From the NCBI RefSeq assembly GCF_009914755.1, contig NC_060935.1: a stretch of DNA of 64,000 bases, one strand, 5' to 3'. The stretch is from the human T2T-CHM13v2.0 reference genome, Homo sapiens. Positions 27,773 through 39,850 of this stretch are shown here, piece after piece. The notes under the pieces were generated by a model. The model saw nothing but the letters and a program-made list of their open reading frames with translations. It had not been told where the DNA came from and did no database searches. Each line of letters starts with the position of its first letter. The first letter of the stretch is position 1. Made by a program: the position numbers and the translations under genes.

Positions 27773-28059
27773 GCAAGGTGAAAGGGCTTGAGTTCACAAA
27801 ATTAAAGGCGGTACTGGATTTTGTTATCATTTTTTAAAAACACAACATCAAATAGAATAATTGCTTTATTTATTTTCTGTGACTTGGAACAGATACAGGC
27901 TTCTCAGTATGAACCTAGTAAGCATGGATGATCTGTACTGGAGATGAGATGAACAAACTTGTTACTCAGCTCAAAATAAATCAGTCTCTCATTTGATCTC
28001 TGTTAGTCATAATAATAACGTTAAACATAACCTAAAGATATCCTTGTTACCTTTTACCA

Positions 28060-28222
28060 GGAAGCGTGGGATGGGGGTAAGGGATGAGACATTATTTAAT
28101 GGGTAAAATGTACAATGTTAATGAGATGGTTACACTAAAAGTCCAGATTTCACCACTGGTCAACATACCCATGTAACAAAACTGCACTTGTACCCTTTAA
28201 ATAAATACAAATAAAAAAAATT
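28060..28222 (+). mobile_element. Short L1MA2/3-like 3' end
   Basis: catgtaacaaaactgcacttgtaccctttaaataaatacaaataaaaaaaa. Confidence 0.85.
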
Positions 28223-28439
28223 ATAAAAGATAATGAAATAAATCTACCAATTTCACTTTTTATTTTTGTAAATAAAAAGAAATATGACACTATTTATAAT
28301 TTTTATAGGAGCATTACCAAAAAAATGCAAACACTTGATCTTATCTTGACATTAAAATGATAAAAATAATTGGCATTAAAAAATTGATTTTTGAACAACA
28401 TGTTATAAGCAACATGTAAGATTTTAAACCTCAAATCAG

Positions 28440-28445
<6 letters not shown>

Positions 28446-28470
<25 letters not shown>

Positions 28471-28471
28471 T
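28446..28471. repeat. (TG)n microsatellite
   Basis: Directly visible. Confidence 0.95.
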
Positions 28472-28629
28472 ATTCACAAGTCATAAGAAATAAACACATT
28501 TCAATCTACATTAAAATATATTTTGTCACCAAACTAAAGACAGTCAAATGTCATTTTCAGTACATTTCTATGCAAAGTATGCTGTTTATCCTTAAGTAAT
28601 CAATTTAAATTAAATTAAACTAATGATAA

Positions 28630-31600
28630 CTTGGTTAAAGATGTCAGAATACAGGCATTTCTATCTCACTGTCTTCTATAAAACAACTGAAAACAAAGTT
28701 ATACATTTTAAAACCTCATCTGTAATGAAATTTGGAGAGAAAAGAAGCTGTCAGACCCTGTGAAACTTGAAACAAATCAACGCAGAGTGCTGGGGAGAAC
28801 ATTTGAGGCCCACAGACAGCGCTGACTAAAAGTGGATCTCAATGCCTTAAGAGGCCCCACAGCAATACTTTACTTGAAATACAAGGCGTGCGGTGCAGGT
28901 AGACTTTGCAAGCTGGTCTAAGCACAAGGTGACTCTGCGGAATAACAGCAAAAGTGGAACTGGGGAAAAGTACTGCAGAGACATTTTATCCTTACATATT
29001 GTCAGTGTGGTGGCTTGAAGAAATCACACTGGGTGGCAATCTACTCTGGAACTTCTGATTATTGTCAGTCGAGAAAAAATAAATTGACTCAGTTACCTGT
29101 AAAAAATAAATAACCTAAAATAAGTGGGGTTTGTCTGGGAACCAGGAAGATTTTTTTATTTGTCCAATGGAACTACACACTGTAAGAGAACACTGATCAT
29201 TATCTGCCTCATTTATGGTATGATGGCATTCTGAGTCATATCATCATCCCCAATTGGAGACAGTTTCAGCCACAGCATATTTATCAGTTCTCTATCAATA
29301 CTACTTTTCAACAAATACCTACACTGGTAAAAACATTCCCTATTCAAAACAATAAGTAATTAAATATAATCAACCTGGAGCTAAGGCATAGATAGCATGC
29401 TTACTTATAATACAGGGGTTAAGAGGGTGGATTCTGAACCTAGACTGCTTGGGCTCAAATCCAGAGCACTCTGTTATAAAATGAGTGATTTCTCTGCACA
29501 TCAGATTTTCCCCATTGATAAAGTGGGGGCAAATATTAGCTCATATCATTGTGGGAGTATAAAATGTGATAATATATGTTAAGTACTTCAAACAATGACC
29601 ACCACAGGGTGTTATTCATCCTTAGTTGATTTACACACGTAAATGCATATCATATTTTCTACATTGGCACAACTAACGTTGTCCACAAGTAACATGAATC
29701 CAGCCCACAATCTTCACTTGCCTGGCATACTTTGAAAACTATTAAAATGGTGTCTACACTTCTTTCCTATCGCCCTTCAAATAATTCGTCAGAGCTCAGC
29801 TCACACACACTTAACCAGAGACATAAGAAAATATAGAAAATAAAGCAAGATTAAAAATAAAATTTTTTACATGAGGTAATATGAAAGAACAGAGGGCAAA
29901 CAGACATGAAATTCCAACAAATAAAAATGATATAAGCCAATTTTTGCTTATAAAAAAAGATGCTTCAATTGAATTTTAAATATAAAAATTATAGAATATA
30001 TATTAAAAACTATCAGTGTTAAGGTGATAAAATAGAAAGCTAAAAATGTTGATTAACAGTTTAAAAAGGGAAAATCTTGATGTTACATTAATATATAATC
30101 TTTTGGTATAAAATTCAAAATCTTAAAAATCTATAAAACAAAAATTGTAGAGGATGAGCAGAGTGTTAGAAATATAAAAGCATTATAAAATTGTTGTGGG
30201 AAGTCAGGGACCCCGAACAGAGAGATCGGCTGGAGCCTAGGAAGAAGAACATAAATTGTGAAGATTTCATGGACATTTATCAGTTCCCCAAATTAATACT
30301 TTTATAATTTCTTATGCCTGTCTTTAATCTCTTAATCCCATCATCTTTGTAAGCTGAGGATGTATGTCACCTCAGGACCCTGTGATGATTGAGTTAACTG
30401 TACAAATTGTTGGTAAAACGTGTATTTGAACAATATGAAATCAGTGCACCCTGAAAAAGAACAGAATAACAGCTATTTTCAGAGAACAAGGAAAGATAAC
30501 CATAAGATCTGACTGCCTGTGGGGTCGGGCAGAATAGAGCCATATTTTTCTCCTTGCAGAAAGCGAGTAGGAGAGATATTGCTGAATTCTTTTCCCTTCA
30601 AGGAATAACCCTGGGGAAGGAATGCATTCCTGGGGGGCGGTCTATGAACGGCCGCTCTAGGGGTGTCTGTCTTATGTGATTGATAATAAGGACTGAAATA
30701 TGCCCTGGTCTCCTGCAGTGCCCTCAGGCTTACTAGGATTGGGAAATTCCAGCCTGGTGAATTCTAGTCAGACCGGTTCTGTGCTCTTGCACCCTGTTTC
30801 CTGAAGATGTTTATCAAGACAATGAGTGCACAGAGGGACACAGACCCTCATCAATAATTCTAATTTTACCTTTTGCCTTGTGATCTTTTATTGCCCTTTG
30901 AAGCATGTGATCCCTGTGACCTACTTCCTGTTCGTACATCCCCTCCCCTTCTAAAATCCCTAATAAAAACTTACTGGTTTTGCAGCTCAGGGTCACCATC
31001 ATGGTCCTACCAATATGTGATGACACCTCCGAAGTCCCAGCTATAAAATTTCTCTCTTTGTACTCTTTCTCTGTATTTTTCAGACTGGCCAACACTTAGG
31101 GAAAATAGAAAAGAACCTACGTTGAAATGTTGGGGGCTGGTTCCCTGATATAAAATCATTTTATTTAACTTAGCCCATGACAAAACAAAACTATATGAAA
31201 GTAACATTTTAAAAGATAGATGTCTAATATGTAATGTATTAACTTCTGGAACCTACAATCAAATATAGACTTTCTTTAAAATTGTCAATAAAATAGTTAT
31301 AAAATCGATTATACATTTAGCTACAAAAAATTAATTTCCCCAAATAGAAATTATACTAGAAATTTAATAAAAATTAAATTTCTAGCTACAGAAGAATAAC
31401 ATTATATATTGACTAAAAATATAGTTTTTTAAAAAATCAAAATACAAAAATCCAAATTCTAGGACACTTTAATTAAGAAAGTATTCTAAAAACTATATAG
31501 GGAAAAAATTGTTTGACAAAATCATTCAAGCTGTAATTGCAAGCTAGAAAAAAATAAAAATTCAAAGTATACAGTATTTACTACATGGCTAAAGCAGGGC

Positions 31601-32080
31601 TTAGTTGATAATTTATAGCCTTAAAAGAAGGATTAACTTGGAATTTTTTTTAAATTATGCATTTTGTTAAGAAATTAGGGCATATTGTGAAAAGAAACAA
31701 ATAATTTATGATAATGAAAGTGGAAATTATGAGATATAAAGTAGAAATAATTAAAAATAATTTAAAAATAGGAACTGATTGTTTAAAAAATAAAATTGAT
31801 ACATTAACTAACCTAATCAACAAAACAAATCTCAATATAGTATTAGGGATGAGAATGGAAAATGAATCACAGATACTGAATCAAATAAATATTAACAAAG
31901 AAAAGACAATTAATTCTAATACATTTATGAAAGATAATTTTCCCAGAAAAAAATATTTTTAACAGTTAAAAAAAGATTTTAAAAATCTAAACACACCAAA
32001 TGCCACAAGGAAAAAGAGAGAAAATTTTCAAAAACTTGTCAAAGACCTGTTATACTAAAAGCTCTAGACTCTTACCTTCT
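28630..32080 (+). mobile_element. Very old L1ME/HAL1-like A-rich remnants, interrupted by a MIR (about 29380-29620) and MER11
   Basis: Strong A-skew and degenerate L1 motifs (acatggctaaagcagggcttag...atttatagccttaaa; aaaattgatacattaactaacctaatcaa). Confidence 0.5.
30192..31150 (+). mobile_element. MER11 solo LTR (HERV-K11/HML-8)
   Basis: Start tgttgtgggaagtcagggaccccgaac, end gggggctggttccctgata, internal aataaa near 30962. Perfect 6-bp TSD taaaat at 30186-30191 and 31151-31156. Confidence 0.95.
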
Positions 32081-32475
32081 CTACAAATCTTCAGTCTTTT
32101 TGGACATTTCTTCATTTATTGAAATATGAAACTTTTTCTCTATAGCAATAAATTAATTTTCAATCATGTCACTAGTTGCTTATTTTAGTTAATATATATT
32201 TTTCACTAAAGTAGAATCATTTTGTTTCTCTATTTGTTTTCTTAATTTTGCATTTTACATTTTCACATTTCTTTCCTGTTTTTACCTCTGCATTTCTATG
32301 ATGGGTCATAGTGATTTTCTCATTAAATTTTTATAGCAACATTTGGTAATACATTATATTCTTCCATTGTGTTGTATATTTTCCAGCTTCAATTTTTTTC
32401 AGCTCATAGATATGTAATTCTCTCTATTTTATGTTTCCCCTTATATTTTATTTACCCTTTACTTGTCTGTTCATA

Positions 32476-32779
32476 TTTTGTTTTGTTTGTTTGTTTTGAG
32501 ACGGAGTTTCACTCTTGTTGCCCAGGCTGGAGTGCAGTGGTGAGATCTCAGCTCACCGCAACCTCCGCCTCCTGGGTTCAAGCAATTCTCCTGCCGCAGC
32601 CTCCTGAGTAGATGGAATTACAGGTGCCCGCCACCACACCTGGCTAATTTTGTATTTTTAGTAGAGACAGGGTTTCACCACGTTGGTCAGGCTGGTCTCT
32701 AACTCACAACCTCATCTGACCCACCCACCTCAGCCTCCCAAAGTGCTGGGATTACAGGCGTGAGCCACTGCGCCCGGCC
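32476..32779 (-). mobile_element. AluSp/Sq-like full-length SINE
   Basis: gagtttcactcttgttgcccagg and ctcaccgcaacc diagnostics. Confidence 0.95.
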
Positions 32780-33049
32780 TTAATGTTTTGTTTTATATGA
32801 GTAGTTCTGCACAAACCATCTCTTTCCTCTACTGTAATATGTGGACATTCTCTCTCACTGCAGTTCCACTTTCTTGAATCCTCTCTACCTTCCTCTCCTC
32901 ACTACCCTGTGTGTCCTTTCTTTTACACCTCAATGCAATCAGGGAGCACAAGAGTTCAATTCCAGCTCTGTGAAGACTTTATTTAAAGCAATAGGTCTGC
33001 TTTTTGTTCTGACATTAGGTTAAATGTCTTATTAAAAAGTTATCCATTG

Positions 33050-33317
33050 TTTTTGCTAATGTTGCTTATTGAAGACAGGCTCCTACCCTCCCATAGAGAA
33101 GAGGCATAAGAAAGTTATCTTTTTGACATCTGTATTTCAAAGAGATGATTCCCAAGTCCTTGAGAAAAACAACTCTGGGTTGTAAGTGTAAACCTCAAAG
33201 AGCTAAAGAAAGAATTTACAACTGGTGTTTTTCGAAAGTAAATGTTCTAAAAGGAGTCAAAAAGACTCCTGTGTATGTTTAGTCAAGCTGGGCGGAAAGT
33301 TAAGGGCATCTTGGTCG
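33050..33317 (-). mobile_element. ERV1 LTR fragment (MER67-like)
   Basis: tttcaaagagatgattcccaagtccttgagaaa...gtttagtcaagctg...catcttggtc. Confidence 0.6.
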
Positions 33318-33950
33318 TTACTAACTATGTAAACAAATAAATATGCAATATTATACAGTACAAGAGATGACTGGTACCAATCAGATGGCTAATTGTGGGA
33401 AGCTGTGAATTTATATAAGGACCTCTGTCCCAAGAGAAAGACAATGAGCAAACATTAAATAGATGCGGTTGTGCATCTGACAAATCTGATGGTTTGGTTT
33501 GAGCACTTGTATTTTTGTGAGATTTATCTGGTTAAAACAGGATTTACATGACTTTTTTCTGTCTATAAAAACATGGCATGTATACAAAAGATAAAATACT
33601 TTATTTATTTAGATAAATGTTTGGCACATAAACTAAACTGTGAAAAATATCGTGTTATTTGTATCAATGGTGTAAAAGCATGTTAGAAAATGGTAGGATT
33701 GCCAGCTCATATTAAAATTCTTATTGGAATTTGCTTGAGGATTCATAGGATGTTATGTAGATAAGCATTAGGAGTTATGAAGATGACAGTAATAAACTAT
33801 TAAATAATAGCACATTGTGAATTTTACTGTTTTTAAATTGCTGACTTTCCTAAATTTATTTCTAGCAAAATGAAACATAGTTTACAGAATTTCCTTTTTT
33901 ATATGAAAGTGTACTGCTTGTCCTAAGGAAAGGTGGTACTACAAAGTTTT

Positions 33951-34017
33951 AATATATATATGTATGTATGTGTATATCTATATCTGTATAGATATAGATA
34001 TAGATATAGATATATAT
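33951..34017. repeat. (TA)n/(TATAGA)n microsatellite abutting a truncated Alu
   Basis: Directly visible. Confidence 0.9.
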
Positions 34018-34213
34018 TTCACTTGCCTCAGCCTCCCAAGTAGCTAGGAGTACAGGTATGTGCCACCATGGCCAGCCAATTTTTTTATTTTTTGTGGAGA
34101 TGAGGATCTTATTGTTTTGCCCAGGTTAGTCTCAAACTTCTGGCCTCAAGAGATCCTCCCACCTCAGCCTCCCACAGTGCTAAGATTACAGACATGAGCC
34201 ATCTTACCCTGCC
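34018..34213 (-). mobile_element. AluJ missing the distal part of its right arm
   Basis: gcctcagcctcccaagtagctagg...ggcctcaagagatcctcccacctcagcc. Confidence 0.9.
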
Positions 34214-34894
34214 AACGTTTTCTAATTAGATTTTTTTCTAATATCACCATGTTTTTCTTAGTGAAAAAAATCCCTACTTAAATAATTCTAAAATATAATA
34301 TGATATCAACAACTTGCAGTTGATATTTTTAACAATCTGAATGACCTTAATTTGCAACTTTACCATCTTTGCATAGGGACACACAATCCCTTAAGGGCAT
34401 TAAAATAATGTGTAGTCTCAACGAACAATTTGACTTTTAAAATTGTGTGTTAATTTATGAAAAAGACAAGAAATGTAGTATCTGAGATTTTTAAAATATT
34501 ACTGTTGAACATCAAAAGGTGATAAGATACATTTAGAAAGGTACCTCATCTAAATTGATTGAAGAATTCATTCTTCAACTCCCTTCAAATTGAATATTTA
34601 CTAATTAGAGAAAACTAGTAAAGCAACATTGACATATAAAAAGACATATTTTTCAAACTTCCGGATTAGTCTAATTAAAGGCCACCTTGCTACTTCTAGC
34701 TTACAAATGCCATAAGTAGTATCATTCACAATGATTTATCTTTGAAAACCTGGGTTTTCTTGAAGATACATACAAATTGCAGTGAATAAATAAATTGGCA
34801 AAAAATTGCAATTGTTATCTGGGATAACACATTTCAAAATGTCAAAATCAAATAGTTCTCGAATTATTCAGTAGTTTTATAATCAAATAGAAGT

Positions 34895-35187
34895 TTATTA
34901 TTATTGTTTTTTGAGATTGAGTCTCAATCGGTCACCAGGCTGGAGTGCAGTGGCACGATTTTGGCTCACTGTAACCTCCGCCTCCCTCAAGCGATTCTCC
35001 TGCCTCAGCTTCCTGAGTAGCTGGGACTACAGGTGCATGCCTTCACACCTAGCTAATTTTTGTATTTTTAGTAGAGACGAGGTTTCACTATGTTGGTCAG
35101 GATGGTCTCGATCTCTTGACCTCATGATCCACCAGCCTTGGCCTCCAAAAGTACTGGGATTACAGGTGTGAGCCACCTCGCCCGGCC
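34895..35187 (-). mobile_element. AluSc-like SINE
   Basis: ggatggtctcgatctcttgacctcatgatcc. TSD-like agaagtt on both sides. Confidence 0.93.
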
Positions 35188-35309
35188 AGAAGTTAATATT
35201 TTAAGACATAGGATTTTTAGCTAATAAACGTTCATCTTTAGCAGAGTTACACAACAATTAGACTGTTTTGTCACATTCTGCATTTTGTCCTGGGATCTCC
35301 TGATTTTTT

Positions 35310-35480
35310 TTTCAAAAGTTGTCTATATTAAGGTTAACTCTTTACACTATAAAACTCTATGAGTTTTGACAAATTCATTGTATCATGTGTATACCATTGT
35401 AGTATCATACTTAATATCATGTCCCCCAAAATTATCCTTTGTTCTACATGTTCAGTCCTCCTCCAACCCACTAAACTTCC
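35310..35480 (-). mobile_element. Old L1 (L1ME/MC) 3'UTR fragment
   Basis: tctatgagttttgacaaattcattgtatcatgtgtatacca. Confidence 0.55.
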
Positions 35481-35630
35481 CAATACATTTTTATTTGAGT
35501 AACTCATTTTACATCTAGAAAGGTTTAGAAACCATCATGGGAAGTGGGGAAACTTAAATAATTTTATGTGAAAGCATAATATACACAGATTTGAATTTAA
35601 ATAGTTTATTTGGTTGACACAGTGGGGAGT

Positions 35631-36032
35631 GTCAAAGAAAAATTATTCTGCCATTTCTTAAAGAGAGTGTAAGGAAGACTTTATTATAGGGACTACTGCA
35701 ATGAAATTTTGCAATAGGGGAGACAGACTGGGCATGTCTGTCTCAACTCTGCATGTAAGAGAAAGTGGTTTTTTTTTTGCCAAGTAGCAGGGTGGAAGTT
35801 ATTGAATGGAAAATTACTAAGAGGATATATCAGGGGTAAGGGAGGATTCTGGATAAATCAACTTGACAAGATTCTTGCTGGAGACAGCTCAGGATGATCT
35901 GAGTGGGAGATTGTTGCTAAACTGAATTAGCAGGATTGTTGCCCTGGAAGATAAGACCTAAAGAGAGAGCCTCTTTGAGAAAGGATGTAGAGAAGCCTGA
36001 ATAAAGTAGAGTGAAGAAGAGGGTCTCTTTCA
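35631..36032 (-). mobile_element. MER31-like ERV1 LTR
   Basis: tgtcaaagaaaaattattctg...ggaaaattactaagagg...gagaagcctgaataaagt...gtctctttca. Confidence 0.7.
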
Positions 36033-36126
36033 AGAGGTAGAAAAAATTGTGAAGGCTAAAATCTAGGCAAAACGTGATGAGAGCCTCAATTATCAGAGTT
36101 GAAAATAGAGATTAAGACGAGATTAA

Positions 36127-36297
36127 GGCTGGGTGTGGTGGCTCATGCTTGTAATCCCAGCACTTTAGGAGGCGGAGGGAGGCAGATCACTTGAGGTCAG
36201 GAGTTCAAGACCAGCCTGGCCAACATGGTGAAACCTCGTCTGTACTAAAAGTACAAAAAAAAAAAAAAAAATTAGCTGGGCGTGGTGGTGCATCTGT
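36127..36297 (+). mobile_element. AluS, left arm plus start of right arm only
   Basis: Alu similarity stops at gtggtgcatctgt. The middle A-rich linker is expanded. Confidence 0.9.
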
Positions 36298-38834
36298 CTG
36301 GGAGGTTGGGGGGTAGAGAAGAGATTAAGGAGTGGAAGAATTAAGAAGTACTTCAAAAGTTAAACCAGGATGATTTCATGGCTGATTGAGACTGGAGAAA
36401 GCAAAATAAGAATTATTTGTAGAACAAGAACTAGGAGTCAATTCTTTCCAGAAGATCACAAAATAAGGCTACTTACCCCATGTAACTATTGTTAGGGAAA
36501 TGTTAATTTCCTTGCTAATGCGCAGTACAGATTTTGTTTCCCCTTTAAAACTTCTTCCTGCTTCATGCCAACTACATAAGGCCTACGCATCATGTAATTG
36601 AATTTGAATTACAGTGATTAATCAATAATAAGTTGTGTTAAATTATCCCGAACAACCCCAAGCACTTGCTTTGTAAGGCTAGTAGGAGATGGTGGGTTAG
36701 TTGCATCGTCTTTAATTCATATTTAATGCACACATTAGTCACTACCTATTGAAAAAAAAGATACACCAAATATGAAATAGTTTGTACACTATCTTTATAA
36801 GAGTTTCTTCATAAAGACTTCCAGTGTTGGGAAATTCTCTGTTTTCCATGACTACATGACTATGCATTTCATCCTGGGATAATTCTAATTAATAGAGTAT
36901 TCTTCCTTTATTCATAATGTAATGATGTTGATACAACTGATGCCAGGTCAGCCTAAACTTGAGAGCCACACAGAACAAATTATATTCTCTCTTTCACATG
37001 ATACCGCTTCCAAATATTCAGGAAGTTTTCACATTTATACTCCATGACTATTAATTGCTTCTGTAGGTTGAATAATCCCCATCCTAGGACTGAGTATTAA
37101 GGAGACTAATTTTTCTCACTGCTGTCTTCCATTGAACGTGCTACAGTTAGTCTACCACACTTCTAGAAATTCACACTCTTTAGCCAGCACTCTCATTATC
37201 CTGTTTGGATGGAAAGGATGCTTGACTCTTTCTTATGTTTCTTATAATGTCAATTGCTGGCAGCTGGATCTGCATGCACACTGCTGTGTTGGAGCTTTCA
37301 GTAATGGCCTACAAGAACAGCATGAGGGAGAGTCCTTCAAAGTCTGCTTTCCCTAGAAATCAGTACAGCCCACTCTGATGCTGTTTACAACTGCACAATG
37401 TAGAGGACATCCTCATCTGCTTTCCTCCTGTTCGTGCTGCATCAAGTAGAATGATACACACATTCTCCTCCTTTCCAACCTCTCTTTTTTTTTTTTTCAC
37501 AGCTACCCAACTGTAGCTAGAATAGATGCCTAAAATGATAACAAGGTTATTTGCTGTGGATCATTTGTTTTATGCACGTTTACCTTCCACGTAGATCACA
37601 AAGCAAATGAAAGTGCAATCAAATGGAGGACTCAAGCAGGGGTGGGTATGGAACATCAACACTGATGCCAGTGTTGGAGGCAGCTAAGTCAACAAGTTGC
37701 AGATCACAGGAAACTCAATCAGAAATGAAGGCAACAGACTTCTTAACTGTGTTAGCATATACATTTCTTTATTTTTAAAATTAGTTTGTCTGGGGTTCTT
37801 AATTTTATTTGTGTGTTATTTAAATGGAATTTTGCTAGAACTAAGTACAAAGAGAACCACAAAAGTGAAGGCCATAATTTTTGGCCAAGCGTTTCAGATA
37901 AAAAACAAGTGGGGAAAAAGTACAGCACGTATTTATATTTACTAGGCTGAAGTTTCAGCAGTGACTAATGTAAATCACTTTATAGATCCTGATTCCAATG
38001 CCCTTTTTGTATTTTTGTGTCTTTTTGTCTAACTTAATTTAAATGTTTATTTTACATTCCAATCCTGTTTACGTAAAATATTAGTTATTGTGCAGCCTTC
38101 TGGCATTGTGTCTAATAATGACTTGAATTATCAGTTTACTATCAGACTGTTTTGCCTATTGCAAATTTGAGAAAGAAAGGAAATATGTTTTTAAAGAGAG
38201 AGACCACAGGCAATACAGTCAGGTCTTTAACAATCCCCACCTCCCTTTCCATTGAAGACAAAGAGAAAAAGAGAAAGAGGGAGACAAAGAGAGTTTTATG
38301 TTGAACATATTGTAGTCTAACTAACTCATTTGTTTGAAGGCCCTTTTCTATCAAATTAGAGCTTTGCATAATTATATGGTATTGAATTATATGGTATTGA
38401 ACATGCAGTCTTATAGTCACTCATGTTCCTTTAAAATATAGATTGGCATCAGTTTCTTGAATATAAAAGACACTAGAATTATGCCATAGCAATGGGGAAA
38501 CCTCTAACTCAAGAAGAGCACTTGACAGCTGTCACCCTCCTGTTCAAATGTTTCTACAAATTTTGGTTCTAAAACAAACAGAGGCATGCTGTATCCAATT
38601 TATCTAATTAGCAGAGTACCTGCTAGTTTGCTGTTAACAATCTGCCAGTAATTTTTCTCTTAAAATAGCTTTCACAAAAAATTAAATATATATCTTACTT
38701 GTCCATTTTCAGTTTCAATTGCAGTAATATCTGGCTTGTTATTATGGTATTACAGTTACATCCTGAGTGAGTAATTATTATGTAGACAGCTACAAAAAGT
38801 AAACTGAAATACTTAACTTGGACATATATATTAA

Positions 38835-38856
38835 GTGTGTGTGTGTGTGTGTGTGT
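38835..38856. repeat. (TG)n microsatellite
   Basis: Directly visible. Confidence 0.95.
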
Positions 38857-38959
38857 ATCCTTAAAATAAAATGTACATAAAATCTCATTAGCTTGTTTCA
38901 TTAATCCTTGTGGAATCAAATAGGTCATTCATTTTAGGAACTGAAGTCTTCTGAACAAT

Positions 38960-39180
38960 GATAGAAATAGGGGTCCTGGAGGATGGCAAACCTCTGTTCA
39001 AACCTCACTCTGCCTCTCATGAGTTGTGTGGTCTTAGGTTGGTTACAGTTCTGAATTTCAGATTCTTTATAAAATTTGAATGTTGATAACATCAGCTTCA
39101 AAGTGTTGCTAATGTGATTATTTGACCAGATTTAAGGGCTTAGCCTGACTTCTCATAAGAACTCAATGAATGTTGCTTTC
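38960..39180 (+). mobile_element. MIR
   Basis: gttcaaacctcactctgcc...gaactcaatgaatgttgct. Confidence 0.6.
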
Positions 39181-39329
39181 TGTGTTTATGTACACTGGGC
39201 AGAAGCACAGTGTGCGTGTAAAAATGAGAAAGTAATACTGATATTAGATATCTGATTTTCAAAAAACCAAATTATTTTCTACAAATGCTTATAACAGTTT
39301 TATTATTGTTCAAAATATAAGAGAGTTTT

Positions 39330-39850
39330 AAATTTAATATCAAAGAAATTCCAGACAACAACGTTTAACACGTATGGTTTAGTTTACTTACTTAAACAAG
39401 AAGTCAGGAGAAATACTATTATTGACATTGGTTTAGTTGCTTAGTGACACTATCAGAGACTCAGAGTTTCCTATCTTAATGCTTTACCTTATTGGAATTT
39501 ACAGCCCTGCTTTCCTAATTAATAGTCTCTTGATTGCAAGATGACTGCTTCTGCTGGAACCTCCATATCCATATTCAAGGAAGAAAGACTGGTTGAGTTT
39601 GTCAGGTATCAATGATTTTCATTCATTCCTCTTTAATCAAGAAAGCAAATTATTTCCCACAACTCCCCAAAAGACTGTTGCTGATGTCTCATTGGCCATA
39701 ACTGTGTCCAGTAGTTTCTCCAAACTGCAAGGTAACTTGAAATGCAAATATTTTGCTGGATAACATGCTTCTCATGTCACTGGTCTGTGTCAGCAGAAAA
39801 GAAGTGTGAAGGAATGAGTGTCAGATGAGCTACTTTTAGTGCATGCCAGT
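39330..39850 (-). mobile_element. Old MaLR LTR (MLT1J/K/L-like)
   Basis: caagatgactgcttctgctgga...gtctcattggccataactgtgtc. Confidence 0.6.

Larger units (their letters stand above)
33330..34890 (+). pseudogene. Decayed hAT-Charlie (Buster/ZBED5-like) transposase remnant, split by an AluJ
   Basis: Collinear degenerate motifs translated by hand: CINGVKA (33660), KVYCLS*GKV (33906-33935), DIFNNLNDLNLQL (34322-34360), SFTMIYL*KPGFS (34722-34760). Confidence 0.8.

Noticed and set aside
33252-33270. Perfect 7-bp hairpin aggagtc-aaaaa-gactcct resembling a terminator
   Set aside because: Lies within a decayed LTR in eukaryotic DNA; stems this short are expected by chance.
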